From Berkelbacteria bacterium GW2011_GWE1_39_12 (GTDB lineage Bacteria; Patescibacteriota; UBA1384; UBA12157), in assembly GCA_001029735.1 (NCBI GenBank), contig CP011213.1, forward strand, positions 656,298 through 720,297: DNA of 64,000 nt. Reading direction: 5' to 3'. A model generated the notes under the pieces. The model made no database searches, was not told the DNA's origin, and saw only the letters and a list, made by a program, of their open reading frames with translations. Positions within the stretch are counted from its first letter, which is position 1. Every line of letters begins with the position of its first letter. Positions 9,243 to 18,824 of the stretch are shown here, in pieces. The position numbers were made by a program, and so were the translations under genes.

Positions 9243-11057
9243 ATGGATTTAAGAAACGTTGCGATCATTGCCCATGTCGATCATGGCAAAACTACTTTAG
9301 TTGATGGACTATTGAAACAATCTAAAACCTTTCGTGAAAATGAGGCAGAAATGTCTCAGGTTTTGATTATGGATTCAAATGATCAAGAGCGCGAACGTGG
9401 TATTACCATTTTAGCCAAAAATACTTCTGTTCACTATAAAGATACGAAAATTAATATTATTGACACACCTGGGCATGCTGATTTTGGCGGTGAAGTCGAA
9501 CGAACTCTAAATATGGCTGACGGGGCATTGCTTCTTATCGATGCTCAAGAAGGGCCAATGCCGCAGACTAAGTTTGTTTTAAAAAAAGCTTTGGAAATAG
9601 GTTTGAAATTAATTGTTGTTATTAACAAAATTGATAAGCGTGATGCTCATATTTTAGAAACCATCAATAAAACCTATGACTTATTTTTAGATTTAGCGAC
9701 CGACGATTCTCAATTAGATTTTCCAGTTTTATTTTCCATTAGTCGTGATGGCAAAGCTTGGGATGAATTACCGAAAGATTCTACTGAAGCTGCGGACTTA
9801 ACTCCGATTTTTGATGCGATTATAAAATATATTCCGGCTCCGGAAGCAGAAATAGATAAACCGTTCCAAATGCAGGTTTCAACTTTGGATTGGGACAGTT
9901 TTCAAGGAAAATATGCGATTGGCCGAATTACCCGTGGTATCGCTAAAAAAGGTTTGAGTATTGTTGCCCTAAACACAGATGGCGTCAAAGAAAACAGTAA
10001 GATTGACAAGATGTTTACCAGTGAGGGCTTAAAAAGAATCGAAATCCAAGAGGCTATAGCAGGTGATATCATCGCTATAACAGGTATAGCGTCGGCTAAT
10101 ATTGGTGATACTCTTTGTGATGTTTCAACCCCAGAAGCCTTACCTGCTATTAAAATCGAAGAACCAACCTTAAAAATGGCAATTTCGGCCAATACTTCAC
10201 CATTTGCCGGGAAAGACGGACAGTTTTTAACCGGTCGTCAAATTTTAGATAGAATTAAAAAAGAACTCCAGACTAATGTTTCCCTTCGCTTAGAAGAAAA
10301 TGGCACGGAATTTATCCTCTCCGGTCGTGGTGAATTGCATTTATCGGTTTTTATTGAAACCTTACGACGCGAAGGCTATGAACTTCAAGTTGGTAAACCA
10401 CATGTCATCGAAAAAGTGATCGATGGTGTAAAATCTGAACCAATTGAAGAATTAACTGTTGATGTGGATACGGATAAAGTCGGTGCTGTCACCGCCGAAA
10501 TTGGCCGCCGAAAAGGTATTATGATTTCTCAAGAAGAGGGTAGTGATAAATCTACCAGATTAATTTTTGAAATTTCCACACGCGGTCTATTAGGACTAAG
10601 AAACCAGTTATTGACCATCTCTCGTGGTACGGCAGTTATGAACTCGATGTTTCTTCGCTACGAACCACTTGGTACTCCAATTCCAAAATTACGAAATGGT
10701 GTTTTAATTGCTTCAGAAGCGGGCAAGGCTGTCACTTATGGATTAAATATTGCACAGGGTCGCGGTAGTACCTTTATCCCTCCTCAAACAGAAGTTTACG
10801 CTGGCATGATTATTGGTATGAATAACCGTGATGAAGATATTGAAATTAATGTCACCAAAGAAAAGAAACAGACTAATGTTCGAGCTTCCAGCTCTGATAT
10901 TTCTGTTATCTTAACTCCGCCAATTGTTTTGAGCTTAGAACAAGCTTTGGACTTTTTGGAAGATGACGAATTCTTAGAAGCAACTCCAAAAAATTTGCGA
11001 TTACGCAAAAAAATATTGAATGCAACACTACGAACTAAAGCCAGAAAACAGGCATAG
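9243..11057 (+). CDS. typA: Translational GTPase TypA/BipA
   Basis: NVAIIAHVDHGKTTLVD G1 motif, DTPGHADF, NKIDK, and overall EF-G-like length. Start chosen at ATG 9243 with SD GAGGAGAA. Confidence 0.9.
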   Translation: MDLRNVAIIAHVDHGKTTLVDGLLKQSKTFRENEAEMSQVLIMDSNDQERERGITILAKNTSVHYKDTKINIIDTPGHADFGGEVERTLNMADGALLLIDAQEGPMPQTKFVLKKALEIGLKLIVVINKIDKRDAHILETINKTYDLFLDLATDDSQLDFPVLFSISRDGKAWDELPKDSTEAADLTPIFDAIIKYIPAPEAEIDKPFQMQVSTLDWDSFQGKYAIGRITRGIAKKGLSIVALNTDGVKENSKIDKMFTSEGLKRIEIQEAIAGDIIAITGIASANIGDTLCDVSTPEALPAIKIEEPTLKMAISANTSPFAGKDGQFLTGRQILDRIKKELQTNVSLRLEENGTEFILSGRGELHLSVFIETLRREGYELQVGKPHVIEKVIDGVKSEPIEELTVDVDTDKVGAVTAEIGRRKGIMISQEEGSDKSTRLIFEISTRGLLGLRNQLLTISRGTAVMNSMFLRYEPLGTPIPKLRNGVLIASEAGKAVTYGLNIAQGRGSTFIPPQTEVYAGMIIGMNNRDEDIEINVTKEKKQTNVRASSSDISVILTPPIVLSLEQALDFLEDDEFLEATPKNLRLRKKILNATLRTKARKQA

Positions 11058-11125
11058 ATTAGCAAATAAGCGCTTAGATTGTAAAAGCTCATCATTACTA
11101 TTACAATAGTTAAGGAGGGCTTTTT

Positions 11126-12841
11126 ATGAGACAAAAACTTGTAATCAAAAAATTATTTAAGAACAAATCTTTCATTGTCACAGTTTCGATTTTATTGACC
11201 TTTGTACTCTTGTTGGGAGTAGTTATTTATCGTCAAAGAGCCTCAGCTATAGAGCTTACGACGAGTGCGAGCGTGATGATTTATGGAGCAAAAGGTGATG
11301 GTATAACAGACGACACAGCTGCCATTCAGAAAGCAGTAAACTCTGTGAATTTCGTCTATTTCCCAGGTGGTATTTATAAGGTTAGTTATCCGATCACATT
11401 AAGATCAAATGTTAGAGTCCATGGAGCTAGCGCTTCTAGTACTCACATAAAACAGGCTTTCAACACATCTGATTCAAATAAATCATCTGAAGAAAATATT
11501 TTCGTGGTCAGGGGCAATTATCCGAATTTTATAACAAATGTTACTGTTGATAATTTTACGTTTGATGGTATTGCCGGTACAGATTCTATTATAGGGACGG
11601 CGTTAGATGTGATTGATGGACGCAATATAGTATTCAGTGGCAATACTGTAAATAACATGAATTTATTTTCAAGTGGAGTTCACTACCCAATCAATGTTTG
11701 GGATGGGACTTCCGATCCGGCCAGGACTGCAGGATTAACGAACGATTTACAGCTAAATTACAATATTTCTGTCATTAATAATACTGGTGCTATAACTACA
11801 AAATCTCCTAACCGTGGCTTGGCTATTGGCATCAAGTATTCTAGGACTGTTCAGGTTAGCAATAATCGCCTCACTAATTATAATGAAGGCCTAACGTGGT
11901 GGGGTGGAGATGCAAATCCTTCAAGAGGCGGAAAAGTAGGTAATCCTCGTTGGGTTAAAAATTTAACTATTAAGAATAATAATGTTAAAAATACATGGGC
12001 AGGAATCTGGGGATCAATGGGGGATGGTATTTTGGTAGATTCCAATTATGTGGAAAGATGTGATGATGTTTGCCTTGATGCAGAAGGCAGTAATAATGTA
12101 ACCTTTTCAAATAATCAGGCTAAAAATGCCGGTTATGCCGTCTTAGCCACATGGCATTTTTCAAACAATGTTAATTTTGTTAAAAATACTGTTACACAGG
12201 ACGGCAGTTATTACAAAGGTGATAAAGGTAGAAATCTCTATTCTCATAGTAACGATACCAACCTTGTTGGTAATATAAACATTAAGTTAGAGAGTAATTC
12301 ATTAAACTATACAGGTGCTGATGGCATTGGTTATGTTACAAAATCAGCCTCTAGAACATTTAAAGCCAATCTGAACTATTTGAAAAACGTGGTGTTTAAG
12401 TTTGACCAAAATAATAGCTGTGGGTTCCTATTAACAAGTAATACTTTTGATCTTACAAAAAATATTGGGAACGAATCCGTCATCTACGCTGATAAAGTTT
12501 GGCCAGATGGGGCTTCAGCTATTTGCAATGCAGTCGTTCAAAATAACCAAATAAAATCTTCGGTAAATCAAAGTTCAGCTCTTGCTGGGATTGATATTTC
12601 GGCGACTGGCTATAATACAACTACTGATAATACTATTTCCGGCAACAGTATAGCAGGCTTTGCAAAATCCATTCACATTTATGGTAATAGTGGAAATATT
12701 GGTATAATTGAAAAATTTCATATCTTGAATAATAAAGTTTCTGGTCGGATTGTAGATAACTCACCAAAGGGAAGATCAGTGAACGATTTCTCTGGTAATG
12801 TAGATTTTAGCGGTAAAATAATTACACCCGTTGTACAATAA
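11126..12841 (+). CDS. Membrane-anchored right-handed beta-helix (pectin-lyase fold) protein
   Basis: N-terminal TM anchor, then YGAKGDGITDDTAAIQKA (the Pectate_lyase_3 or GH28-type N-terminal motif) and N/G/T-rich repetitive beta-helix sequence. Confidence 0.55.
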   Translation: MRQKLVIKKLFKNKSFIVTVSILLTFVLLLGVVIYRQRASAIELTTSASVMIYGAKGDGITDDTAAIQKAVNSVNFVYFPGGIYKVSYPITLRSNVRVHGASASSTHIKQAFNTSDSNKSSEENIFVVRGNYPNFITNVTVDNFTFDGIAGTDSIIGTALDVIDGRNIVFSGNTVNNMNLFSSGVHYPINVWDGTSDPARTAGLTNDLQLNYNISVINNTGAITTKSPNRGLAIGIKYSRTVQVSNNRLTNYNEGLTWWGGDANPSRGGKVGNPRWVKNLTIKNNNVKNTWAGIWGSMGDGILVDSNYVERCDDVCLDAEGSNNVTFSNNQAKNAGYAVLATWHFSNNVNFVKNTVTQDGSYYKGDKGRNLYSHSNDTNLVGNINIKLESNSLNYTGADGIGYVTKSASRTFKANLNYLKNVVFKFDQNNSCGFLLTSNTFDLTKNIGNESVIYADKVWPDGASAICNAVVQNNQIKSSVNQSSALAGIDISATGYNTTTDNTISGNSIAGFAKSIHIYGNSGNIGIIEKFHILNNKVSGRIVDNSPKGRSVNDFSGNVDFSGKIITPVVQ

Positions 12842-12962
12842 ATCAATTTATTTGGGGCCAATAAGAAAGCTATGATCGATAGAAGTGTGATAGCTTGTTC
12901 TTAAAATAACATCAAAAATAATCCGCTCAACATAGGCATTTCAGCTTCATTTTATATATTTG

Positions 12963-14192
12963 TTAAGCTTTTTCAGTTAGCCTCTTAAGTGCCAAAACAT
13001 ACGATGCTTGTCTTAAATCAACATCATATGTATCAGCTGTTTCGTAAACCGCATCAACAGCCGATTTCATTTTAACTTCCAACTTTTTAAAGACTTCTTT
13101 TTTAGTCATTTTTTCTTTGTGAACATTTTGATACCATTCAAAGTAACTAACGGCCACCCCGCCGGCGTTTGCTAATATATCAGGAATAACCAAAACTTCT
13201 TTTTTGGTCAAAATTTCATCCGCTTTAGAAGTTGTTGGACCATTAGCCATTTCTAAAACAATTTTCGCTTTTATTTTATTAACGTTTTCTGTGGTAATCG
13301 CGTTGCCTAGAGCCGCCGGAACGATGATATCGACAGGCAGCTCTAATACCTCAGCCGGACCAATATTTTTAGCGCCCTCGATACATCCTTTTAACTTGCC
13401 ATTTTTTTCTTTGCATTTAAAAAGATCATCAATGTCTTTAATGCCTTCGGGGATATAAATACCACCGTGTTCTTCAGAAATGGCTACGACTTTGTAGCCT
13501 GCTTTTACCAAAAAAACGGCTAAGTAAAGTCCAACATTGCCAAAACCTTGAATAGCAACTGTTAAATTTTCTGGTTTTTTATATAGTTTTTTAACGATTT
13601 CTTGCAAGACGTAATATCCACCCAAACCAGTTGCTTCTGTTCTTCCTTCTGATCCGCCAAAATCAATTGGTTTGCCGGTCACGACTGCTAACTCTTTCTT
13701 ACCGACTACCTTAGAATATTCCTCAACAATCCAGCGCATGATATTAGGATTCGTGTTGACATCGGGTGCCGGCACATCAAGCTTCGGGCCGATTATTGGT
13801 GCAAGTTTTCGTGTAAATTCGCGAGTTAGCTCCTCTAATTCTGTAACTGATAACTTTTTGGGATCAACACAGATACCGCCTTTTGCACCGCCGAAAGGAA
13901 TATCTACAACTGCATTTTTGATTGTCATAAGCGTTGCCAAGGCTTTCACTTCTGTCATATCAACGTGTTGATGATAGCGCAAGCCACCTTTGTACGGGCC
14001 TTTGGTGTTATCATGTTGAACGCGATAACCTTTGAAAACTTTTACTTTTCCATTGTCCAGTTTGATTGGAATAGAAACCTCAATAATACGATCAGGGTTT
14101 AAAATTTTACTTTCCGAAAATGAATCAAGTGGAATTTTGTTGGCTGCGATTTTTAGTTTTAGCTTAGTTCTCTTCCATGGGTTACTCATCAA
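12963..14192 (-). CDS. gdhA: Glutamate dehydrogenase (Glu/Leu/Phe/Val dehydrogenase family)
   Basis: KGGLRYH, active-site GGAKGGI, and Rossmann GFGNVG motifs. Confidence 0.9.
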   Translation of the reverse strand: MMSNPWKRTKLKLKIAANKIPLDSFSESKILNPDRIIEVSIPIKLDNGKVKVFKGYRVQHDNTKGPYKGGLRYHQHVDMTEVKALATLMTIKNAVVDIPFGGAKGGICVDPKKLSVTELEELTREFTRKLAPIIGPKLDVPAPDVNTNPNIMRWIVEEYSKVVGKKELAVVTGKPIDFGGSEGRTEATGLGGYYVLQEIVKKLYKKPENLTVAIQGFGNVGLYLAVFLVKAGYKVVAISEEHGGIYIPEGIKDIDDLFKCKEKNGKLKGCIEGAKNIGPAEVLELPVDIIVPAALGNAITTENVNKIKAKIVLEMANGPTTSKADEILTKKEVLVIPDILANAGGVAVSYFEWYQNVHKEKMTKKEVFKKLEVKMKSAVDAVYETADTYDVDLRQASYVLALKRLTEKA

Positions 14193-14205
14193 TCCTCCTG
14201 CTTAG

Positions 14206-14460
14206 TTATAAGCCTAATAATTTATTTATCTTTGACTGATCAAATCCTACCACAATTTCATCATCTATCCAAAGCTGAGGAACACCCATTTGGCCTGACT
14301 TTTCAACCATTTCATCTGCGGCATGGTGATCGATTGAGACATCCTTGTTCTCAAATTCAATGCCTTTTTTGTTTAAGTATTGTTTTGCAATTACACACCA
14401 AGGACAAGTCGGTGTTGAAAAGACTATGACTTTTGACTGCTTTTTTGAAGTTTCTTCCAT
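14206..14460 (-). CDS. Glutaredoxin-like protein (NrdH/YruB type, CPWC active site)
   Basis: 84 aa with VIVFSTPTCPWCVIAKQYL, a thioredoxin-fold CxxC motif. Confidence 0.7.
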   Translation of the reverse strand: MEETSKKQSKVIVFSTPTCPWCVIAKQYLNKKGIEFENKDVSIDHHAADEMVEKSGQMGVPQLWIDDEIVVGFDQSKINKLLGL

Positions 14461-14470
14461 GATACCTTTC

Positions 14471-14752
14471 TTATTTAATTATTTCTTGTAGCTTAATTAT
14501 TTGTTTCACTAACGCGATGCCTTTATCTGTTAAACCATAATTCTTTTTTTGGCCGCAGCGTTTTTCTTCGATAATTTTTCTTTTTTCTAAAATTTTCATA
14601 TGATATGATAGTAAATTTTTAGGGATTCCAATTTGTTCGACTAAGTCGCATCCACAAATATTTTCATTGCACTCAAAAAGCTGCAATAGAATTTTAATTC
14701 TGTTTTCGTTAAATATCGAAGTAATTTCCTGCACATTTATTTTTTTATTCAT
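14471..14752 (-). CDS. ArsR/SmtB-family HTH transcriptional regulator
   Basis: 93 aa with a winged-HTH core (ICGCDLVEQIGIPKNLLSYHMKILE). Confidence 0.7.
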   Translation of the reverse strand: MNKKINVQEITSIFNENRIKILLQLFECNENICGCDLVEQIGIPKNLLSYHMKILEKRKIIEEKRCGQKKNYGLTDKGIALVKQIIKLQEIIK

Positions 14753-14807
14753 TGTTCAACCTCTATTGAACTATACTGCGTTAGCGCACTTTTTGTCAAG
14801 TGATTTT

Positions 14808-14840
14808 TAAAAACAGCATCTCACCAGATGCTGTTTTTAA
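14808..14840 (-). terminator. Rho-independent terminator downstream of the ABC-F gene
   Basis: Perfect hairpin AAAAACAGCATCTcaccAGATGCTGTTTTT flanked by A- and T-runs (bidirectional). Confidence 0.5.
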
Positions 14841-14876
14841 ATTAGTCCAATATTACCGATGTTCTTAAAATATAAT

Positions 14877-16328
14877 TTAGATTTTTTCTAAATTTAGTTC
14901 TTCGTCAAATTTTATCTGTGAAACAAAATCAGGCATGTGACTAACCATGATCATGGCGCCTTGATATTCATTTACTGCCTTAGCGATGATTGGTAGATGG
15001 CGAAAATTAACGTGGTTAGTAGGCTCATCTAAAACTAAGAGTCCGGGTTGCATTAATACGAGCCGCGCAAAACTTAATAATCCCTTTTGACCTTCTGAAA
15101 GTTCGTTTACTTTGTGCCCCATCAAGTCTCCTCCAATTAGAAAACCGGCGGCAACAGAACGCAAGGTTAAAATGTCAGTATCATCAATTAGGGCACTGGT
15201 AAGAGAATCAAAAACTGTTTGATCAAAATCTAAATTCGAAAAATCTTGACTGTAATAGCCTGCGCGAACTTCGTCTAAAATTTTTGCATTCTCATTTTTA
15301 CCGGAAACTAAAGATCTTAAAAAAGTGCTTTTACCCACGCCATTTGGTCCAGTGACGATTAAATGCATTTTTTTGCGTAATACTAAATCAACGTTTTTTA
15401 TTTGTGGCTCGTGATTGTGAATTACCTTTATGCCATTAATTTCGACAATTTTTCCAACAATATCTTGAACTGGAATCGTAAAATTTCTAATAGTTTTGTC
15501 TTCGCGTCTAATATCAACCATATCTTCTTCTAGCTCAATGGTTTCGTCTTTTAATTTCTTGGCGAGTTTTCTCATTTTCCCGCCCTTGTTGGCAAAAAAG
15601 TTCACTTTTTCCTTGCGGTCGATAATTGTTCTTTTAAGCTGCGCGTTTTTTCGTTGTTCGCGCTCGACTCGTCGAGTAATTTCTTCTACAACTGAATAAT
15701 AATCGCCGACATAGCTTTCGATTTTCTTGGTGAAGATGTCAAGATAGATAACTCCTTCAGTGAAGCAATTTAGGAAGTCGGCGTCATGGGAGATAACAAT
15801 GACAGTCTTTTCGTACATAACTAAAAATTCAATTAAGCGATCGATTCCTGCTTGGTCAAGGTTATTAGTTGGCTCATCTAGAAGTAAAATATCAGATTCT
15901 TGAATTAAAGCAAATGCCAACAAAAGCCTTGCTTGCTGTCCTCCGGACAATTCGCCGACGCGTCTATCGGTCGGTACATCCAAATTCACAGCAGTCATAA
16001 CCTTATAAATTTTGCTTGGTAAATCGTTCGCTGGCTCGTCGAAAGCTTTGGCAAAGTATTCGTTTACTGTTAGAGAAAAATCGTCACGCGCTACAACCTG
16101 GTGAGCGGTCGCGATAGAAGCATGATTTGTAACGGACACTTGGCCTGACTTAGGTTTTAATTCACCCGTAATTAATTTAAAAAGAGAGCTTTTACCCGCA
16201 CCGTTTTGACCCATTAGCGTTATTTTGGCTGATTTTCTCACGCTAAAACTGGCTCCATCTAAAATGGGCTTTTCGTGTTGGTATTCAAAATACACTTCAT
16301 CAAATCTTAAAATTACTTCTTCGGACAT
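14877..16328 (-). CDS. ABC-F family ATPase (two tandem ABC domains, no TM domain)
   Basis: Two Walker A motifs (GQNGAGKSS, GPNGVGKST), two signature/Walker B sets, and an inter-domain charged linker. Confidence 0.8.
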   Translation of the reverse strand: MSEEVILRFDEVYFEYQHEKPILDGASFSVRKSAKITLMGQNGAGKSSLFKLITGELKPKSGQVSVTNHASIATAHQVVARDDFSLTVNEYFAKAFDEPANDLPSKIYKVMTAVNLDVPTDRRVGELSGGQQARLLLAFALIQESDILLLDEPTNNLDQAGIDRLIEFLVMYEKTVIVISHDADFLNCFTEGVIYLDIFTKKIESYVGDYYSVVEEITRRVEREQRKNAQLKRTIIDRKEKVNFFANKGGKMRKLAKKLKDETIELEEDMVDIRREDKTIRNFTIPVQDIVGKIVEINGIKVIHNHEPQIKNVDLVLRKKMHLIVTGPNGVGKSTFLRSLVSGKNENAKILDEVRAGYYSQDFSNLDFDQTVFDSLTSALIDDTDILTLRSVAAGFLIGGDLMGHKVNELSEGQKGLLSFARLVLMQPGLLVLDEPTNHVNFRHLPIIAKAVNEYQGAMIMVSHMPDFVSQIKFDEELNLEKI

Positions 16329-16350
16329 TTTTTCTCATTAAATTAAAGAT

Positions 16351-16380
16351 AAAAAAAGGCCACAAAGGGGGCCGTTTTTA
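16351..16380. terminator. Bidirectional hairpin terminator (GGCCACAAAGGGGGCC) between the ABC-F start region and tRNA-Glu
   Basis: GC stem with an A-run on one side and a T-run on the other. It serves tRNA-Glu on the minus strand. Confidence 0.5.
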
Positions 16381-16382
16381 AT

Positions 16383-16459
16383 TGGCAGCGCGGACGGGAT
16401 TCGAACCCGTGATCTCCTGGATGAAAACCAGGTATCCTAGGCCTCTAGACGACCGCGCC
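16383..16459 (-). tRNA. tRNA-Glu (anticodon TTC)
   Basis: Reverse complement gives GGCGCGG-TC-GTCTAGAGGCCTAGGAT, anticodon stem CCTGG/CCAGG with loop TTTTCAT, T-loop TTCGAAT, encoded CCA. Confidence 0.8.
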
Positions 16460-16910
16460 ACAAATATTGATAGATACGGCAGTAATACTTTTCATTGTAT
16501 CCTGCGTTAAAAACTGCAATATCACAAATATTGTATCAAATTTTCGCTAACTTGTCTAGGAGCTTGCATTTTATTTGAGTCAGAATACAATAAAAGCGAA
16601 AGGTAGGTGTTTGGATTGAGGAAAAGAAAGCATCCAGATGAGTCTAGCTATGGTCAGTTTCAGGCAAAGAACATGATTAATCGCAACACAGGTTTACTAA
16701 AGTCCAGTATTGGCGCATCTACTCTTCATCCTGACACCCCAATTATTACTAGCCATCGGGATGACTTTAGGAAATCATGGCGACAAATTCATCGGGAATC
16801 AAGGATCTTTTAGGCAGGCTCGATAACGTCGGGCCTTTTTACTCTTTAATTTTATCTTAGAAGGTGGTATAATCATTACAGTTAAACGCCTGTAACAATC
16901 TTCTTCATTA

Positions 16911-16973
16911 GTATTTTGCGCCTGTAGTAAAGTTTCAATTCCTTCGGAATTGGAATAACAAGGCGCACGTAAT
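16911..16973 (+). repeat. Degenerate tRNA-Arg 5'-end-like unit (GCGCCTGTAG + TAAAG + hairpin + AATAACAAGGCGC) directly upstream of tRNA-Arg(TCG)
   Basis: Same architecture as the units at 2209-2306. It begins with the first 10 nt of the downstream tRNA, then a CAATTCCttcgGAATTG hairpin. Confidence 0.45.
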
Positions 16974-17050
16974 GCGCCTGTAGCTCAGCGGATTAGAGCG
17001 CCACGCTTCGGACGTGGAGGTCGGGGGTTCGAATCCCTTCGGGCGCGCCA
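16974..17050 (+). tRNA. tRNA-Arg (anticodon TCG)
   Basis: Acceptor GCGCCTG/CGGGCGC, anticodon stem CCACG/CGTGG with loop CTTCGGA, T-loop TTCGAAT, encoded CCA. Confidence 0.85.
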
Positions 17051-17094
17051 CAAAATCTTTTTGTTTTAATGTTCTGATTGTGTTATATCAGGCT

Positions 17095-17150
17095 TTCAGC
17101 CAGCGGTCGGGGCATCATGCCTGAAGGCGAATCCCTTCGGGCGCGCCAAT
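17095..17150 (+). repeat. Decayed partial copy of the tRNA-Arg(TCG) 3' end with an insertion in the T-loop
   Basis: GGTCGGGG-catcatgcctgaaggc-GAATCCCTTCGGGCGCGCCA matches the tRNA 3' end except for a ~16-nt replacement of the T-loop. Confidence 0.45.
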
Positions 17151-17187
17151 ATTTTAGAACGATGCCTCTTTAAAATATGTGTATTGA

Positions 17188-17259
17188 GGGCCAGTAGCTC
17201 AGTGGTAGAGCGATTGCCTCTTAAGCAATTTGTCGTGAGTTCGATCCTCACCTGGCCCT
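17188..17259 (+). tRNA. tRNA-Lys (anticodon CTT)
   Basis: Acceptor GGGCCAG/CTGGCCC, anticodon stem ATTGC/GCAAT with loop CTCTTAA, T-loop TTCGATC. CCA not encoded. Confidence 0.85.
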
Positions 17260-17263
17260 CAAT

Positions 17264-17410
17264 ACAACATATTTTAGAAACTAGCAATTTGTCGCGAGTT
17301 CGCCAACGGCGAGTTGGCATTTTGCTCACATGGCCCTCACTGTAAAAGTTAAGCAATTGTCGTGGTTCGCCTGCATATTCGCAGTCGTGCTCCTCACCTG
17401 GCCCTCCAAA
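17264..17410 (+). repeat. Two successive degenerate copies of the tRNA-Lys 3' half, each with a hairpin-forming insertion replacing the T-loop
   Basis: Copy 1: GCAATTTGTCGCGAGTTCG-ccaacggcgagttggcattttg-CTCACaTGGCCCTCA. Copy 2: AAGCAATTGTCGTGGTTCG-cctgcatattcgcagtcgtg-CTCCTCACCTGGCCCTCCA. Confidence 0.5.
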
Positions 17411-17413
17411 AAA

Positions 17414-17944
17414 TCACCCTTGAGGTGTTTTTTTGTTTGTTTCTGCAAAATTTTTAACCGCCTTTAGTTCTTCTACTCTGATATCGGCCTTACCATGCAA
17501 GGGAAAATGCATGACATAAAGAGCAGTATGGTCGATATCTTTCTGCCAACCAAAGGCAAAATCTTTCAAACCAGAGAATTTTTCGTAGGTTAACCTGCCG
17601 ACAAAGCAGACTACTTTAGGCTTGACTGTTTTAACAATGCTTAATAGCCGCTTTTTTCCTAATAATTCTTCACCCTTTTTTAAGTCAGCGATGTCTCTAC
17701 TGGGACGATCGATCATATTTACAATGCCTAAATGATAAACTTGGTTGAACTTTTTGTCGTAAATTTCCTTTAATTTAGAATCTTCACTGAAATCTTTAAT
17801 TTTTTCGTTTATTACTCCGGCTCTCGCTAAAAGGTACCAGAAAGTTTTGTTGTTAGAGAAGGGGACGCCTCGATTGAAAGATCCAAAATGAGGGTTTATA
17901 CCGACAAAAACTATATTTGAATTTTGATAGTGATATTTAATCAT
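17414..17944 (-). CDS. G/U mismatch-specific DNA glycosylase (Mug/TDG, UDG family 2)
   Basis: IVFVGINPHFGSFNRGVPFSNNKTFWYLLARAGV closely parallels the E. coli Mug active-site region [35 protein letters not shown]. Confidence 0.75.
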   Translation of the reverse strand: MIKYHYQNSNIVFVGINPHFGSFNRGVPFSNNKTFWYLLARAGVINEKIKDFSEDSKLKEIYDKKFNQVYHLGIVNMIDRPSRDIADLKKGEELLGKKRLLSIVKTVKPKVVCFVGRLTYEKFSGLKDFAFGWQKDIDHTALYVMHFPLHGKADIRVEELKAVKNFAETNKKTPQG

Positions 17945-18029
17945 TAAAAATACTATAGTAAAAATCTCGAGCGCGATCTATGTGTGAGTATTTAAAAAAA
18001 AGCTCAAAACTGATATATTAATAGCAGAG

Positions 18030-18824
18030 ATGAAAAAATATTTAATTTATTTTAAAGTTGGTTTCTTAGATTTATTGGCCTACAAGGCCGATTTTATTAT
18101 TTATATTGTCGTAAATATGGTTTTTTTCTTTGTCTTTTTAGCATTATGGAAAAGTATTTACACTGGTTCCGGAATTACCGAAATAAATAATTATTCCTTA
18201 AACAACACGATCACATATTATTTTATAACCTCGTTTCTTTTTCGCCTTGATCCGACTTTTGCCATGTATTTAAACCAAACAGTTTGGAATGGTAGCTTTA
18301 CAAATGATCTAGTTAAGCCTTGGAATGCGCTTTTTGTTGATTTCATTTACACTCTGAACGAACTTTCCCTTCGAGTTTTACTCTATCTACCTTTTAGCTT
18401 TTTTATTTTTATTGTCTCTTTTCAGTACATCAATATCCCAAGTGGAATCAATTTTATTTATTTTATCATTACGGCATTTTTAGGAATTATTTTGGCTTAT
18501 TGTTTTTACCAAATCATCCATACGCTCTGCTTCCACTTTGGAGATCAAGATAATAATATAAATTTAATAAGTTTCATTGTTGCTTTTTTAGCAGGCGGCA
18601 CTTTTCCATTGGCTTTTTTGCCAGAACAAATCAGATCAATATTTTTGGTTTTACCTTTTAGATTTTTATTCGACACGCCGGCAAATATATTTTTGGGCAA
18701 ATTAGGAAGTCATGAAATCTTTTTTATTTGGTTACAAATGCTTCTTTGGTCGGCGTTATTTTTTGTCGTTTACTATCTAATTTACAAAAGTGGGTTAAAG
18801 AAATATACAGGGACGGGAAGATAA
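18030..18824 (+). CDS. ABC-2 family transporter permease (first of two)
   Basis: 264-aa polytopic membrane protein in an operon with a second permease and an ATPase. Confidence 0.55.
   Translation: MKKYLIYFKVGFLDLLAYKADFIIYIVVNMVFFFVFLALWKSIYTGSGITEINNYSLNNTITYYFITSFLFRLDPTFAMYLNQTVWNGSFTNDLVKPWNALFVDFIYTLNELSLRVLLYLPFSFFIFIVSFQYINIPSGINFIYFIITAFLGIILAYCFYQIIHTLCFHFGDQDNNINLISFIVAFLAGGTFPLAFLPEQIRSIFLVLPFRFLFDTPANIFLGKLGSHEIFFIWLQMLLWSALFFVVYYLIYKSGLKKYTGTGR

Noticed and set aside
16607-16813. 68-aa ORF downstream of tRNA-Glu
   Set aside because: No convincing RBS or motif. Kept out of the feature list, though a small gene cannot be excluded.
17096-17356. 86-aa minus-strand ORF
   Set aside because: Translation of the tRNA-Lys gene and its decayed copies.
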